Part shown: one piece after another, positions 34,503 to 44,561 of the stretch
Numbering within the stretch: the first letter of the stretch is position 1
How the letters are laid out: every line of letters starts with the position of its first letter
Program-made: the position numbers and the translations under genes
The notes under the pieces: generated by a model
Databases searched by the model: none
What the model saw: only the letters and a program-made list of their open reading frames with translations
What the model was told of the DNA's origin: nothing
DNA from: an uncultured Planctomycetaceae bacterium
Lineage (GTDB): Bacteria > Planctomycetota > Planctomycetia > Planctomycetales > Planctomycetaceae
Reading direction: 5' to 3'
Assembly: GCA_963813715.1 (NCBI GenBank)
Contig: CAWFAK010000008.1
Location: 1 to 64,000 of the forward strand
DNA length: 64,000 nt

Positions 34503-35874
34503 GTGTCCGAAAACGGTCGACGATTTCCGATCCCCACAATCCGCGAGCGAAAGGACCATGGCCGCGGCCTGCGGAAGGTGATTGGCCGCACGGCGCAGGG
34601 CGATTGGGAACCAGCCGCCAATCGACCCCAGGCGCTCGAAATGCTGGCTGCGCGTCAACCAACAGCGGTTGAAGGCCCTGTTGCCGATCAAGATGGGACG
34701 CATGGCCGCGTCGCCGTTCGGCTTTTTGCGCGGTGCGGCGGCACTGATGGCGTTCGACTTGTCGCAATGGCCGACGACTGGGCTGAACGTGCAAATGTGC
34801 GGCGACGCGCACGTCGGCAATCTCGGCGCCTTCGCGGCCCCCGATGGGCATCTGATCTTTGACCTCAACGACTTTGACGAGTCGATGCCCGGCCCCTGGG
34901 AATGGGACGTCAAACGAATGGCGACCAGTCTGGTGCTGGCGGGACGGGTCGCTCGGGAAAGCGAGTCGACCTGCCGCGACGCCGTCATTTCGTTTGTCGC
35001 CGAATATCGTCGGGCCGTCTGCGAATTCTCGAAGCTGTCGGTCTTCGATTTGGCGAAGTACGAGATCCGCCGTCGCAGTCAGGTCCCGCTGGTTCGGAAG
35101 GTCCTGGCGAAGGCAGAGCGGGTGACTTCACAGTACGTGCTGGAAAAGTATACGGACTGCGCGAACGGCCGCCCGTCGACGCGATCCCCTCGAGTCAGCA
35201 CGCCGCGTTTTCGCGACGAGCCCCCACTGCTGCGGCGCGTTTCGAGGGGCGTCGTCCGGGATGTGATCGCGTCGTTGGCCGAGTATCGCGAGACGCTGGG
35301 GCCCGATCGCCAGCTCGTCTTCGACGCCTACCATCCAGTTCAAGTCGGATTCAAGGTCGCCGGGACGGGCAGCGTGGCCCTACGAAACTACCTCGTGCTG
35401 TGCCTGGGCAAAAAACGCGACGACGCGATCGTGCTGCAGGTGAAGGAGGCGCGGGAGGCGTGCGCCGCGGCCTATCTCGCCAACGTGCAAGTTCCCGCTC
35501 ACCAGGGCCGACGCGTCGCCGAGGGCCAGCATCGGCTGCAGACCGAGTCGGACCCGTTGTTGGGCTGGACGACGATCGGCCAGCACCACTTCCTGGTGCG
35601 GCAACTGGCTGACCACAAAGCCCGGTTGGACGCCGCCGAACTGCACGGTCCGACGCTGTGCGAGTACGCGGCGCTCTGCGGACGTATTCTGGCCAAGGGG
35701 CACGCCCGCACCGGCGATCCGGTGGCGCTCTCCGCCTATTGCGGCGAGTCCGACCGTCTCGACCGGGCCATCGCCAAATTCGCCGTTCTGTACGCCGATC
35801 AAACCACGCGAGACCACGGCCTGTTGACCGCCGCCATTCGCAAACACCGCATCAAAGCGCTCCTGGGTGTGTGA
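34503..35874 (+). CDS. DUF2252 family protein (kinase-like); 5' frameshift
   Basis: RMAASPFGFLRGAA, CGDAHVGNLG, FDLNDFDE, FKVAGTGSV, LQVKEA, LAKGHARTGD. Confidence 0.9.
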
Positions 35875-36073
35875 CGTCTGGTCCTTGGGTGAGACTGCGC
35901 AACGAAGCGCGCTTTTCGAGCCTTCGCCCCAAAACAAGCCGGGGCAAACGACCGTCCACGCCAACCCAAGCCGATCCGCCCCAGGTGCAGGGGCGTTGCC
36001 CCTGCAGGAAAGGAGGGGCTAGAATGCGCGGAAAGAGTTGTGGCAACGGATGACTTCGGAATTGGAGATTGGG

Positions 36074-36775
36074 ATGCGTCGGTGCTCGTCGACTTTTGTG
36101 GCCCTGTGCGGTTTGGTTCTGGCTTCGGGCTGTAGCGCTGCGGCGAAAGAAAAAGAAGCCGGGCCGCATCCGCGGTGCTACCTGGATATCACGGCTAACG
36201 GCAAGAAGCTGGGACGGATCGTCGTCGAGTTGCGACAGGACGTCGTGCCGAAGACGGCCGAGAATTTCCGGGCGCTGTGCACGGGCGAGAAAGGCTTTGG
36301 CTTCAAGGGGAGCCCGTTTCACCGCATTATTCCAGGGTTCATGTGCCAAGGCGGCGACTTCACCGAGTTCAATGGACAGGGCGGCAAGTCGATCTACGGC
36401 GATCGCTTCGACGACGAGAATTTCGAACTGAAGCACGCGACCGGCGTGCTGAGCATGGCCAACCGAGGACCGAATACCGACGGCTCGCAGTTTTACATCT
36501 GCACGGGGCCGACTAAGTCGCTCTCCTACCTGGACGGCCACTACGTCGTTTTCGGCCGGGTGGTCCAGGGCATGGACGTCGTCAGCAAGATCGAAAACCT
36601 CGGGTCGCAAAGCGGCAAGCCACGAGCCAAGGTGATCATTGAAGATTGTGGCGAATTGAAGCCAGAGAGTCAGAAAACGAGCGAGCTGAAGTCGGAACCT
36701 GCAAAGCCCGCTGAGCTGACGCCTGCGCCGGCCAAGCCGGGTGTGGCGCAGCCATCGGTGAAGACGAGCGCCTGA
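36074..36775 (+). CDS. Cyclophilin-type peptidyl-prolyl isomerase, predicted lipoprotein
   Basis: Lipobox [61 protein letters not shown]. Confidence 0.95.
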   Translation: MRRCSSTFVALCGLVLASGCSAAAKEKEAGPHPRCYLDITANGKKLGRIVVELRQDVVPKTAENFRALCTGEKGFGFKGSPFHRIIPGFMCQGGDFTEFNGQGGKSIYGDRFDDENFELKHATGVLSMANRGPNTDGSQFYICTGPTKSLSYLDGHYVVFGRVVQGMDVVSKIENLGSQSGKPRAKVIIEDCGELKPESQKTSELKSEPAKPAELTPAPAKPGVAQPSVKTSA

Positions 36776-36828
36776 GCAACGGCGTTCGACTCGGAATTTC
36801 GACGCCGGCGAGTGCTGCCCGGGGGCGC

Positions 36829-37302
36829 TCAGGCCGAGGCGTTCTTCAAGAGCGCAATCTGTCCGGCGTGATAAGCGTCGTGCTGAATGATGCCGTGCGC
36901 CAGCACATAGAGCGAGAACTTATTTTTGGGGGCTTTCTCAGGCAGGCGTTCGTCCGTTACTGCGACGATCGCCGCTTCCAGATGTCCCTGCGTGCGGGCC
37001 AGTTCGTCGAGCGACTCTTGCCACGCCGTGGCCGACGGGCTTTCCGGGACCTTCGGCCAATTTTCCTCGAAGGTGACGGGGGCAACCGTCTCGCCGCTTA
37101 AGAGTCGAATCGCGACGCTCCGCCAGGTAATCGCGTGCAGCACTTCCTCCCAGATGCTGTGGGCACCGGGAATCGGGTGGGCGGCGGCGCGTTCGGCCGT
37201 CATCCCCTCGAGCAGTTTGCACAGCGAGGTGCCGTACCAGGGCTCGCCATCGAAGGCGTCGTGCGAGAGCAGGGCAATGCGGCTGACTTCGATCGTGCTC
37301 AT
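36829..37302 (-). CDS. DinB family protein
   Basis: HSIWEEVLH ... GIIQHDAYHAGQI. Confidence 0.9.
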   Translation of the reverse strand: MSTIEVSRIALLSHDAFDGEPWYGTSLCKLLEGMTAERAAAHPIPGAHSIWEEVLHAITWRSVAIRLLSGETVAPVTFEENWPKVPESPSATAWQESLDELARTQGHLEAAIVAVTDERLPEKAPKNKFSLYVLAHGIIQHDAYHAGQIALLKNASA

Positions 37303-37312
37303 GGTCGAGACC

Positions 37313-38781
37313 TCAGCGGTGCGGGGCAATGTCGGGCAGCTTCAACACGGGCCGCAGGCCGAGACACGCCCGATAACTGTCGCGGACCCGCTCGACGCCG
37401 AAGGCCGACGAAATTGCTTTCCAGCGATTGCCGACCTCGGCGAGGGCGGCTTCGGGCGTCGCCTTCTTCTCCAGGGCGGACGTGATGCCGTCGGAGAGCG
37501 CGCGGCGAAATTCGTTTCGCCCGACGACCGGCAATTCGGGAGACAGATTGGCTGTGCGCAAGCTTTCAGCAGTCACTCCCAGATAGCCGTAGACCTCGTC
37601 GGTTCTCAACTCGGGACCCGACCAATCGATGGCCTTGGCCAGTTGGGTCTCGCGGGAGACGGTCTTGGGCACATTGGCGAGCGCCTGTTGAAAACGCTCG
37701 ACGCCCAGAAAGTTGACGAGGTTCCACGCGGCTTCCGCGCGGTCGGCGGGGGTCGACTTGGCGACGGCCAGCGCCAGCCCACCAATGGGGGCAAGCGTCG
37801 CGTAGTTGATCTCGCCGTTGGGCGGAGGCTCCCAGCTTTTCGTTTGCCGATCGTAAATCTGTCGCACGCCGGGCAGCCGGACGAACGTCAGAAACTCGCC
37901 CGCCGCCCGCTCGGTTGGCTTTTCGTCGGCGCGGCCAGACTCGAACGCGAGGGCCATCGCCGCCTTGCCGGTAAAAACCAGGCGACGACACTCGGCCGGG
38001 CCGAGCTTCAACGAGTCGGGCGACAGTTTGGGCACCTGAGCCAGCGACGTCTCGAGTGCCCGCGCGAACCCCGGCGAGTCGATCAGCGGGCGCCCGTGTC
38101 GATATCGAAGTAGACCGAATAATTCCCCGGCTTCATCACATCGGGCAGGGCCCGGGCCAGAAACACGGTCGAGCGGAACTCGGGCGCCCAGGGTTCGACG
38201 GCCGTCAGTCCGGGGGCCCATTTTGGCAACGTGTCGAGCAGCGTCTGGTAGTCGTCCCAAGTCTGCGGCGGCTTCAGTCCCGCCTTCGTCAGCAAGTCGC
38301 TGCGCAGATAACAGGACAGGACCGGGGCGGAAATCGGCACAAGCGTCGGCCGGCCGCTGATCGTCAGCACGCGGTCGCGCAGGCCGGGGAAGAAGTCGAT
38401 CCAATCGCCGGGGGTTTCTCCGGCCTGCGTGCCCTCGGGAATCCGAGCCAGCCGATTCGCGGCATCGATCGCCGGCAGATCGGCAAAGGGCAGGACGAGC
38501 ACGTCGCCCGCCGGCAATTCCTTGAGGCCGCCCGCAGCGCGGTTGTACTCAGCCAGTTTGCACTTGGCCCCGGTCTGCTCGGACCACTCGTCGAGAGCCG
38601 CCCGCCACGAGTCGCCGAAGCCAAGCCCCGCGGGAAAGGCGACGGTGACCGTTTGGCCCGAAAACGGATGCGCGGGGGCACGAGGCTTGTCGGGTTGATC
38701 TTCGCAGCCCGGCAGCGTCAGCAGGCAAACGCTGGCGACCAACCCTAAACAGCCCAAGAGTCCCAGTCCGCGGAGCTTCAT
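37313..38781 (-). CDS. Extracellular solute-binding lipoprotein (frameshift at about 38095)
   Basis: Lipobox LPGC; DFFPGLRD...P......YLRSDLL.KAGLKPPQTWDDY; C-terminal TPEAALAEV. Confidence 0.8.
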
Positions 38782-39113
38782 AAGAGTTCAGTTCTCCAGT
38801 TTTGGACGCTGGGCTGAGAACCGAGTTTCGTGTGTGGCATGGACTGAGGGCGTTGACCCTCACGCGGTTGCAACTGGCTCTCTGGAAATGCCTTGCAGCG
38901 ATCGGCGACTTTGTGAGCAGGCGTTCGGGAAGGTGCGGAACCCCAGGGTCTGGCTCAATCGGCACAATCAATAGAACCGATAAATCTTACAGGCTATTCC
39001 CAAGAACGTAAATCTTGCGCGAAACCGCACGGGGGCAACGGGGCCGGTTGCCCGTGTGAGGAATTGCCACAGCTGAGGAATTGCCACAGCATCGTCGTCG
39101 CGGAGGGATTCCC

Positions 39114-41015
39114 GTGAGATCGAAATGGCTTACGCTCGCGTTTGTCGGCTCGTTGGGGCTAATGGCCACGCTTTGGTGGGCCAGCGGCGGTGCTTCGTTC
39201 GCCGCGGACGAGGACCGGCCGCCCCAGATCGGAGACAACGACCAGCGGCGGCAGGCGCTCGAGCTGCTCCGACGCGCGAATGCCGAGCTACAGGCCAATC
39301 GATTCGATGCGGCACGCCAATTGGCGAAGCAGGCGGACGATTTGCACGCGACCTACAGTCTGTTTGACGTGCGGCCGGAACACGTGCTAGCCGACGTCGA
39401 GCGACGCGAGCGTTCGAGCGAATTTCTGGCACCGGCTTCCTCCGCCCAACATACGGAGAGCCAGGCTCCAACGCCGTCACCCCAACCGGCTGAACACCAA
39501 GTGCAGGCTCCCAAGACGGCGACTGCGAGCGATCCGAACTTCACGCTGACCGATCCCTTCAGCCATCCGAAGACCTGGCTCCCCAGTGCCGGCGGGACGT
39601 CCAGCAATTCGTCGGCAACGGACAACGATCCGAGTGCCGCGACTCAGAGCGTTCCGGTCGGCGCAGGCTGCCGAGCGGCCCGCGCGTCCGCTCGTTCCCG
39701 CTACGCCCACGCCGGAGCAGCGGATCAAAGCCCGCGCTGTGACGATGCTCGACCAGGGCTTACAAGCACTCGACGAACACCGGCTGGACGATGCCGACCG
39801 CTACGCGCGGGCCGCGCTGGCACTCCACGCGTCGTTCGGCAAACTCGAATACAAGCCGGAGTACCTGCTGACGGAAGTCGGCATCGCCCGCGCACGCCGG
39901 CGACTCGAGACGGAAACGACGCCGGCGACGCAGTCGCAGTTGTCACAGTCACCGGCGTCGCGATCGGCAATGGCGGCGTCGCCAATGTCGCCGTCGTCGC
40001 CATGGCAGACGTCATCGAGCGGTTCGCCAGCCCAGATGTCACCCAATCAGACGTTTCCGAACCAGATTGCCTCGAACCAGATAGCCCCGAACTCGGCATC
40101 AAGCGCTGCTCTGCCGCAGGCAGCGGTTACCGCTACACAACCGCCGGCGCCCCTGTCACGCGCAACGACCGCAGCACCCGCTGCGGCAACGCCGATCGCC
40201 CCCACGGCACAAGGATCGGAGTTAGCAGACCGTCATCGCGCCGAACAGATGTTGCAGGAGGCGGTCGACGACCTGCACGCCGGTCGCGACGATTTGGCGC
40301 GGCTGCGGATTCAAGGGCGCTCCGCGTGATGCATCCGAATGCGCCGTCGCCCCTGCCCCTGCCGACCGTCGGCTCGACGATCGGTGCCGAACCGATAGCC
40401 GGCGGACCATTGCCGCCGCAGCCGGGGATGCCGCGTGCTGGTTTTCCGTCCTACGTTCCTCCTCCCGTGGCCGACGACCGCGACGCGGTCCTCAAGCCGC
40501 TGCACGATCCTTATTTCGGCGACGAAGCGACGTCGACCAAGAAGAGCACGGCGGCCGAAAACTCGCTCCGCGAAATGCTGCCCGACGAAGTCCCGTTGCA
40601 CCCGGCTTTGTCGCTGGACCGTCCGCTTCCGGTGATGTCGACCGAAGTGGCAAATCCGCCCGTCGCCGCGTCGAACCCGCCGAACGCTGCCGCAAGTCGG
40701 TTCGCCGCCGCGCCCGGAGGCGTCATGCAAGCGGTTGGGGGTCCGCAGACACAGGGGGCCAAGGTTCATTGGCCGGAAAGCGATCCGGCCCCGCCGTCGC
40801 AGTCGACCGCCGCATTCAGCGGGTCATCTCGCAGTGCCTACCCCGCGTCGAACCCGCCGACAGCTGCGTCACAGGCTCCCGCAGCGCCGCCGGCAAATTC
40901 GACGGCCCGTTATCCCTACACGCCGCCGACCACCGATCCGGTGACGCCGGCCTCCCCGGACTCGCAACATCCCGGTTACTTCCGCCGCGTTTGGAGCGCT
41001 TTGACCGGCGACTGA
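39114..41015 (+). CDS. Exported Pro/Ser/Ala-rich protein with three helical repeats (two compensating frameshifts)
   Basis: Signal peptide; ORFs 39081..41015 and 39586..40329 interleave and each supplies copies of the repeat. Confidence 0.6.
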   Translation: MRSKWLTLAFVGSLGLMATLWWASGGASFAADEDRPPQIGDNDQRRQALELLRRANAELQANRFDAARQLAKQADDLHATYSLFDVRPEHVLADVERRERSSEFLAPASSAQHTESQAPTPSPQPAEHQVQAPKTATASDPNFTLTDPFSHPKTWLPSAGGTSSNSSATDNDPSAATQSVPVGAGCRAARASARSRYAHAGAADQSPRCDDARPGLTSTRRTPAGRCRPLRAGRAGTPRVVRQTRIQAGVPADGSRHRPRTPATRDGNDAGDAVAVVTVTGVAIGNGGVANVAVVAMADVIERFASPDVTQSDVSEPDCLEPDSPELGIKRCSAAGSGYRYTTAGAPVTRNDRSTRCGNADRPHGTRIGVSRPSSRRTDVAGGGRRPARRSRRFGAAADSRALRVMHPNAPSPLPLPTVGSTIGAEPIAGGPLPPQPGMPRAGFPSYVPPPVADDRDAVLKPLHDPYFGDEATSTKKSTAAENSLREMLPDEVPLHPALSLDRPLPVMSTEVANPPVAASNPPNAAASRFAAAPGGVMQAVGGPQTQGAKVHWPESDPAPPSQSTAAFSGSSRSAYPASNPPTAASQAPAAPPANSTARYPYTPPTTDPVTPASPDSQHPGYFRRVWSALTGD

Positions 41016-41136
41016 CGAATGCCGGCGAAATGAAGATCGAGGCGCGTGCCACGGCTGAGACGCTTCGACTCAGCCGTGCTCTTTCCGGCTGCTGATGACG
41101 CTTGCTGAACCGTGAAGAGCACGGCTGAGCAAGCTC

Positions 41137-42311
41137 GAGGGGATCCGGGAATTAGGCGCTCTAAGAGAAAGGGTCTCCGTGGGTTAATGTTTTTTTGTCA
41201 CAAAGAACATTGGCCCCACGGGAGACCCAGGATGGGACATTCTACCCGCGCCGAGAAGCCTGCATGCGTTGGTGAAGTTGATGATTCCTGTGTGCCAGCG
41301 TGCTGGAGAGAGCACCCGCGTCGCGGTCCGGGACGACCACCGGAGATTGCTGATTGGGTCATGCTCGTGCTCGTAACTGTCGCGATTCTCAAATACCGTC
41401 GGAACAAATCGCCCAATACCGATTTCTCAGTCAAAACCGAGCCAAGCTTTTGGAATGGATCGGGACCACCCGGTTCCCGTCACGCAGCACGTACTGTGAG
41501 CGTTATCGAAGGGCCCATCGCCTGTTTCAGGTTGCCGTTCGTCTTCAAGGCAGGTGTCTGTTGAAGCATCAAGTCGGCGACGCACGTTGTGTGGCTGTCG
41601 ACAAAAGCCTGATTCGGTCGTTGGGTCCGAAGTGGCCAAAACGGCTGCGCATCCAAGGAAAGCTTTTGCGGGGTGTGGACCGTGAGAGCACGTGGGGCTA
41701 TTGCAAGCACCATGGTTGGGTCCAGGGCTACTCCTACGAAGTCCTACTTTCTGCGGGGAAAAAGGGACTTGTTGTGCCCCTCTTGGCGTCGGTGAATCAG
41801 GCTCACTGGAGTGAGCACCGGTCATTCCCCGAAAAGATTCCACACTTGCCTCGACCACGAAGTACGTTCTGGCGGATAGCGGCTACGACGGCAATGACCA
41901 CGCTGACGCCATCGAGCGAGATTCGCGTGGCAACCCGACAGGCCGGCGGTTTTTATGCCCTCAAATCTACCGAGGAGGACATCGTCGCCAGCCGGGACCA
42001 TTTCACGACGCACATCGTGCTCGAAGAGAAGTCCGCACTCGCCGGGAGGCGCGATATCAGTACTTCCAGACGAAGACAGCCCGCCTTCACTATTCGCGGC
42101 GAGGCAGAACCGCCGAGCCGTTCCACGAATGGTTCAAATCCACATTGCAACTTCACGAGCGAGCCTGGCACCGTGGCTTGGACAACAACCGCACCCAAGT
42201 TCTCGGCGCCCTGTTCGCCTACCAGCTACTCGTTCGCTACAACCGCCGAAAACACAAACACAACGGCTCAGTTCGCTGGATCCTCGACGGCCTCTGAATT
42301 CCCGGATCCTC
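41137..42311 (+). mobile_element. IS-A: DDE insertion sequence (IS4/IS5-clan-like) with TIRs and a 10-bp TSD
   Basis: TIRs GAGGGGATCCGGGAATT / AATTCCCGGATCCTC; TSD GAGCAAGCTC at 41127-41136 and 42312-42321. Confidence 0.88.
41232..42297 (+). CDS. DDE transposase of IS-A (several frameshifts)
   Basis: GPGRPP, PSRST, VAVDKS, WGYCKHHGWVQGY, VLADSGYD, RGRTAEPFHEWFK; the stop TGA overlaps the right TIR. Confidence 0.85.
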
Positions 42312-42367
42312 GAGCAAGCTCAACCGTGGCACCTCGCCAAGAATCCCTCGCTCCAGCTTTTTCGAGA

Positions 42368-42881
42368 GGGTAAAGCTACACGCGGTGGTCGGCAGCGATG
42401 GCTCGACGCTGCGTGGCGCGTGGCTCCCATGCAAAAGGATGAGCGGGCGATGGGGCGGCGGATGTTGAAGCGAGCGGCTGTGCAAGGGTACTTGCTCGCC
42501 GATGCAAATTTCGACTCGAACGAGTTACACGACGTCTGCCTCGAACGCGGCGTGCAACTGGTGGCACCTCCGCGTTACGGATTTGGCCGTCGCCGTGGCC
42601 ATCGGCGTCAGAGTCCCGCTCGGCTGCGATCTCTTGACGCTCTCGAATCCGCAAAGCTCGTTCGGCCGTGCCCTCCATCAAGAACGTAACGCGATCGAAC
42701 GCTACTTCGGAGACTGGAGCACTTGGAGCGACGGATTGCAGGCACTGCCCGCTTGGGTTCGCGGCCACCGACGCGTCCACCGCTGGGTGCAAGGCAAGCT
42801 CATCTTTACCGCCTTGCGACGGCGATGCCAAAAAACGACTTACGTCACGAGATGAAAAAAGTTTCACGCTTCGGGTTGGTA
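42368..42881 (+). pseudogene. Partial duplicate of the 3' half of the IS-B transposase, its right end and flank
   Basis: Near-identical to about 43347-43864, with scattered indels. Confidence 0.85.
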
Positions 42882-42955
42882 GTCATAAAGACTTGCGCAA
42901 TAAAAAGTTGGTGCTACACATAGTCTCAATCGTAACCACACGAAAGGAGACGGAT

Positions 42956-43837
42956 GTGGAACACCAACTCTGGAAGGCGATTTTGATCCTTCTCAAACAG
43001 GCGAGCAAGCTTCGTCGGTGCACGCGAGAACGATACGGGGCAGACGACATTGTGCAGGTTTGGCTGTGGGCCGTTCTGCACGGTCGGCCTGTGTCCTGGG
43101 CGTGCGATCTTCGGAACTGGCCGCTGCATGAGCGTCGCCGCAAATTGCCATCGTCGAGCACCATGTCGAGACGACTGCGGAGTGCCGAGGTCCAGCAAAT
43201 GCTGCAAGAGATCGAACGTTCTGAACTGGCTCCTCGTGGGAACAAGCCCCTGTATTGGATGATCGATGGCAAGCCTCTGCCGATCGGCGGTTGCTCGAAA
43301 GACCGGCAAGCTGGGTACGGCCGCGCCGCGGGCTGCAAAGCCAAAGGGTACAAGCTACACGCGGTGGTCGGCAGCGATGGCTCGATCGCTGCCTGGCGCG
43401 TGGCTCCCATGCAAAAGGATGAGCGGGCGATGGGGCGGCGGATGTTGAAGCAAGCGGCTGTGCAAGGGTACTTGCTCGCCGATGCAAATTTCGACTCGAA
43501 CCAGTTACACGACGTCTGCCTCGAACGCGGCGTGCAACTGGTGGCACCTCCGCGTTACGGATTTGGCCGTCGCCGTGGCCATCGGCGTCAGAGTCCCGCT
43601 CGGCTGCGATCTCTTGAACTGCTCTCGAATCCGCAAAGCTCGTTCGGCCGTGCCCTCCATCAAGAACGTAACGCGATCGAACGCTACTTCGGATACTTGA
43701 GCACTTGGAGCGCCGGATTGCAGGCACTGCCCGCTTGGGTTCGCGGCCACCGACGCGTCCACCGCTGGGTGCAAGGCAAGCTCATCTTTACCGCCTTGCG
43801 ACGGCGATGCCAAAAAACGACTTACGTCACGAGATGA
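42956..43837 (+). CDS. DDE transposase of IS-B (intact, 293 aa)
   Basis: RBS AAGGAG with GTG start; PSSSTMSRR, MIDGKPL, GYKLHAVV, LLADANFD, ERNAIERYFG. Confidence 0.9.
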   Translation: MEHQLWKAILILLKQASKLRRCTRERYGADDIVQVWLWAVLHGRPVSWACDLRNWPLHERRRKLPSSSTMSRRLRSAEVQQMLQEIERSELAPRGNKPLYWMIDGKPLPIGGCSKDRQAGYGRAAGCKAKGYKLHAVVGSDGSIAAWRVAPMQKDERAMGRRMLKQAAVQGYLLADANFDSNQLHDVCLERGVQLVAPPRYGFGRRRGHRRQSPARLRSLELLSNPQSSFGRALHQERNAIERYFGYLSTWSAGLQALPAWVRGHRRVHRWVQGKLIFTALRRRCQKTTYVTR

Positions 43838-43848
43838 AAAAAGTTGTC

Positions 43849-43898
43849 ACGCTTCGGGTTGGTATGACGCATTCACTAACCCGAAGCGTCAGCGAGGG
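43849..43898. repeat. Inverted pair of REP-like units (CCCTCGCTSACGCTTCGGGTTRGT family)
   Basis: ACGCTTCGGGTTGGT ... ACTAACCCGAAGCGTCAGCGAGGG. Confidence 0.75.
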
Positions 43899-44016
43899 CC
43901 AGCGTCCAGGGTGAGCGGGCCCAGCCGCCGAATCTCGTGATCCGAATCGCCCAACGCATCGTTCGCCCGACAACCGCTCTTTCGGCAGCGGCATTCTCAT
44001 TCATCGGGGCGCAGCG

Positions 44017-44388
44017 ATGCGGAAAACGGAATTCTACGTGTCCAGCGCGGACGAACTCAGCGACACGACGGATGCCAGCCCGTTCAAACAGTGGGCCGTT
44101 GGCGTGGGAGTCGCCGCGGCGATCGCGGTCTACGCCCTCTACTGTTTTTGGACAGACACCGCAATCCTACCCGGCGGCCGATTTCAGCGCGTGATTCACC
44201 TCCAGGGATTGGCCGCCCGGGCGGTCGCTTCGGGCTGGCTGAGCCTCGCCGCGTTCGTGCACCTCCACTGGTTCTGGACGGCCAGCCCCCGCTTCTGGGG
44301 CTACGCGCAGCTCGGCAAAATGGCTGCAATGGTCGCACTCGTCGCGAGCTTGGCTGTGCTGGGTTACGCGATGCTGATGATGTCGTGA
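44017..44388 (+). CDS. Small membrane protein (3 predicted TMs)
   Basis: 123-aa ORF with three hydrophobic segments. Confidence 0.65.
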   Translation: MRKTEFYVSSADELSDTTDASPFKQWAVGVGVAAAIAVYALYCFWTDTAILPGGRFQRVIHLQGLAARAVASGWLSLAAFVHLHWFWTASPRFWGYAQLGKMAAMVALVASLAVLGYAMLMMS

Positions 44389-44399
44389 ACGCGAGTTGA

Positions 44400-44505
44400 A
44401 ACCGCTCTGGGTGGCACTCGCGGGCTTCGGAGATTTCTTTGTGGGCCGCGTTACCCAGGGTTAGAAACCCTGGGCTATTTTCTGACGCCCCTGGGCGGGG
44501 CTTGA
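44400..44505. repeat. REP-like palindromic cluster
   Basis: CCCAGGGTT-AGA-AACCCTGGG followed by GCCCC-TGGGC-GGGGC; layout similar to 15797-15888. Confidence 0.6.
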
Positions 44506-44561
44506 ATTCGGAATCGATGCGTCGGCCCGCTCGCTGACGGTCCGCGGCGTCAGTCATGGAT

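Larger units (their letters stand above)
41046..42333. repeat. REP-like double hairpin (same family as the MITE cargo at 24764-24866), split by IS-A
   Basis: GTGCCACGGCTGAGACGCTTCG..TCAGCCGTGCTCTT ... GAAGAGCACGGCTGAGCAAGCTC | IS | GAGCAAGCTCAACCGTGGCACC. Confidence 0.85.
42354..43846 (+). mobile_element. IS-B: DDE insertion sequence (IS982/IS5-like) with a duplicated 3' half, inserted in a REP-like palindrome
   Basis: Ends CAGCTTTTTC / GAAAAAAGTTG flanked by TC; removing the element restores CCCTCGCTCACGCTTCGGGTTGGT. Confidence 0.75.

Noticed and set aside
42668..42955. N-terminal extension of the IS-B transposase (389-aa ORF)
   Set aside because: It comes from the duplicated fragment read out of frame; the RBS supports GTG at 42956.
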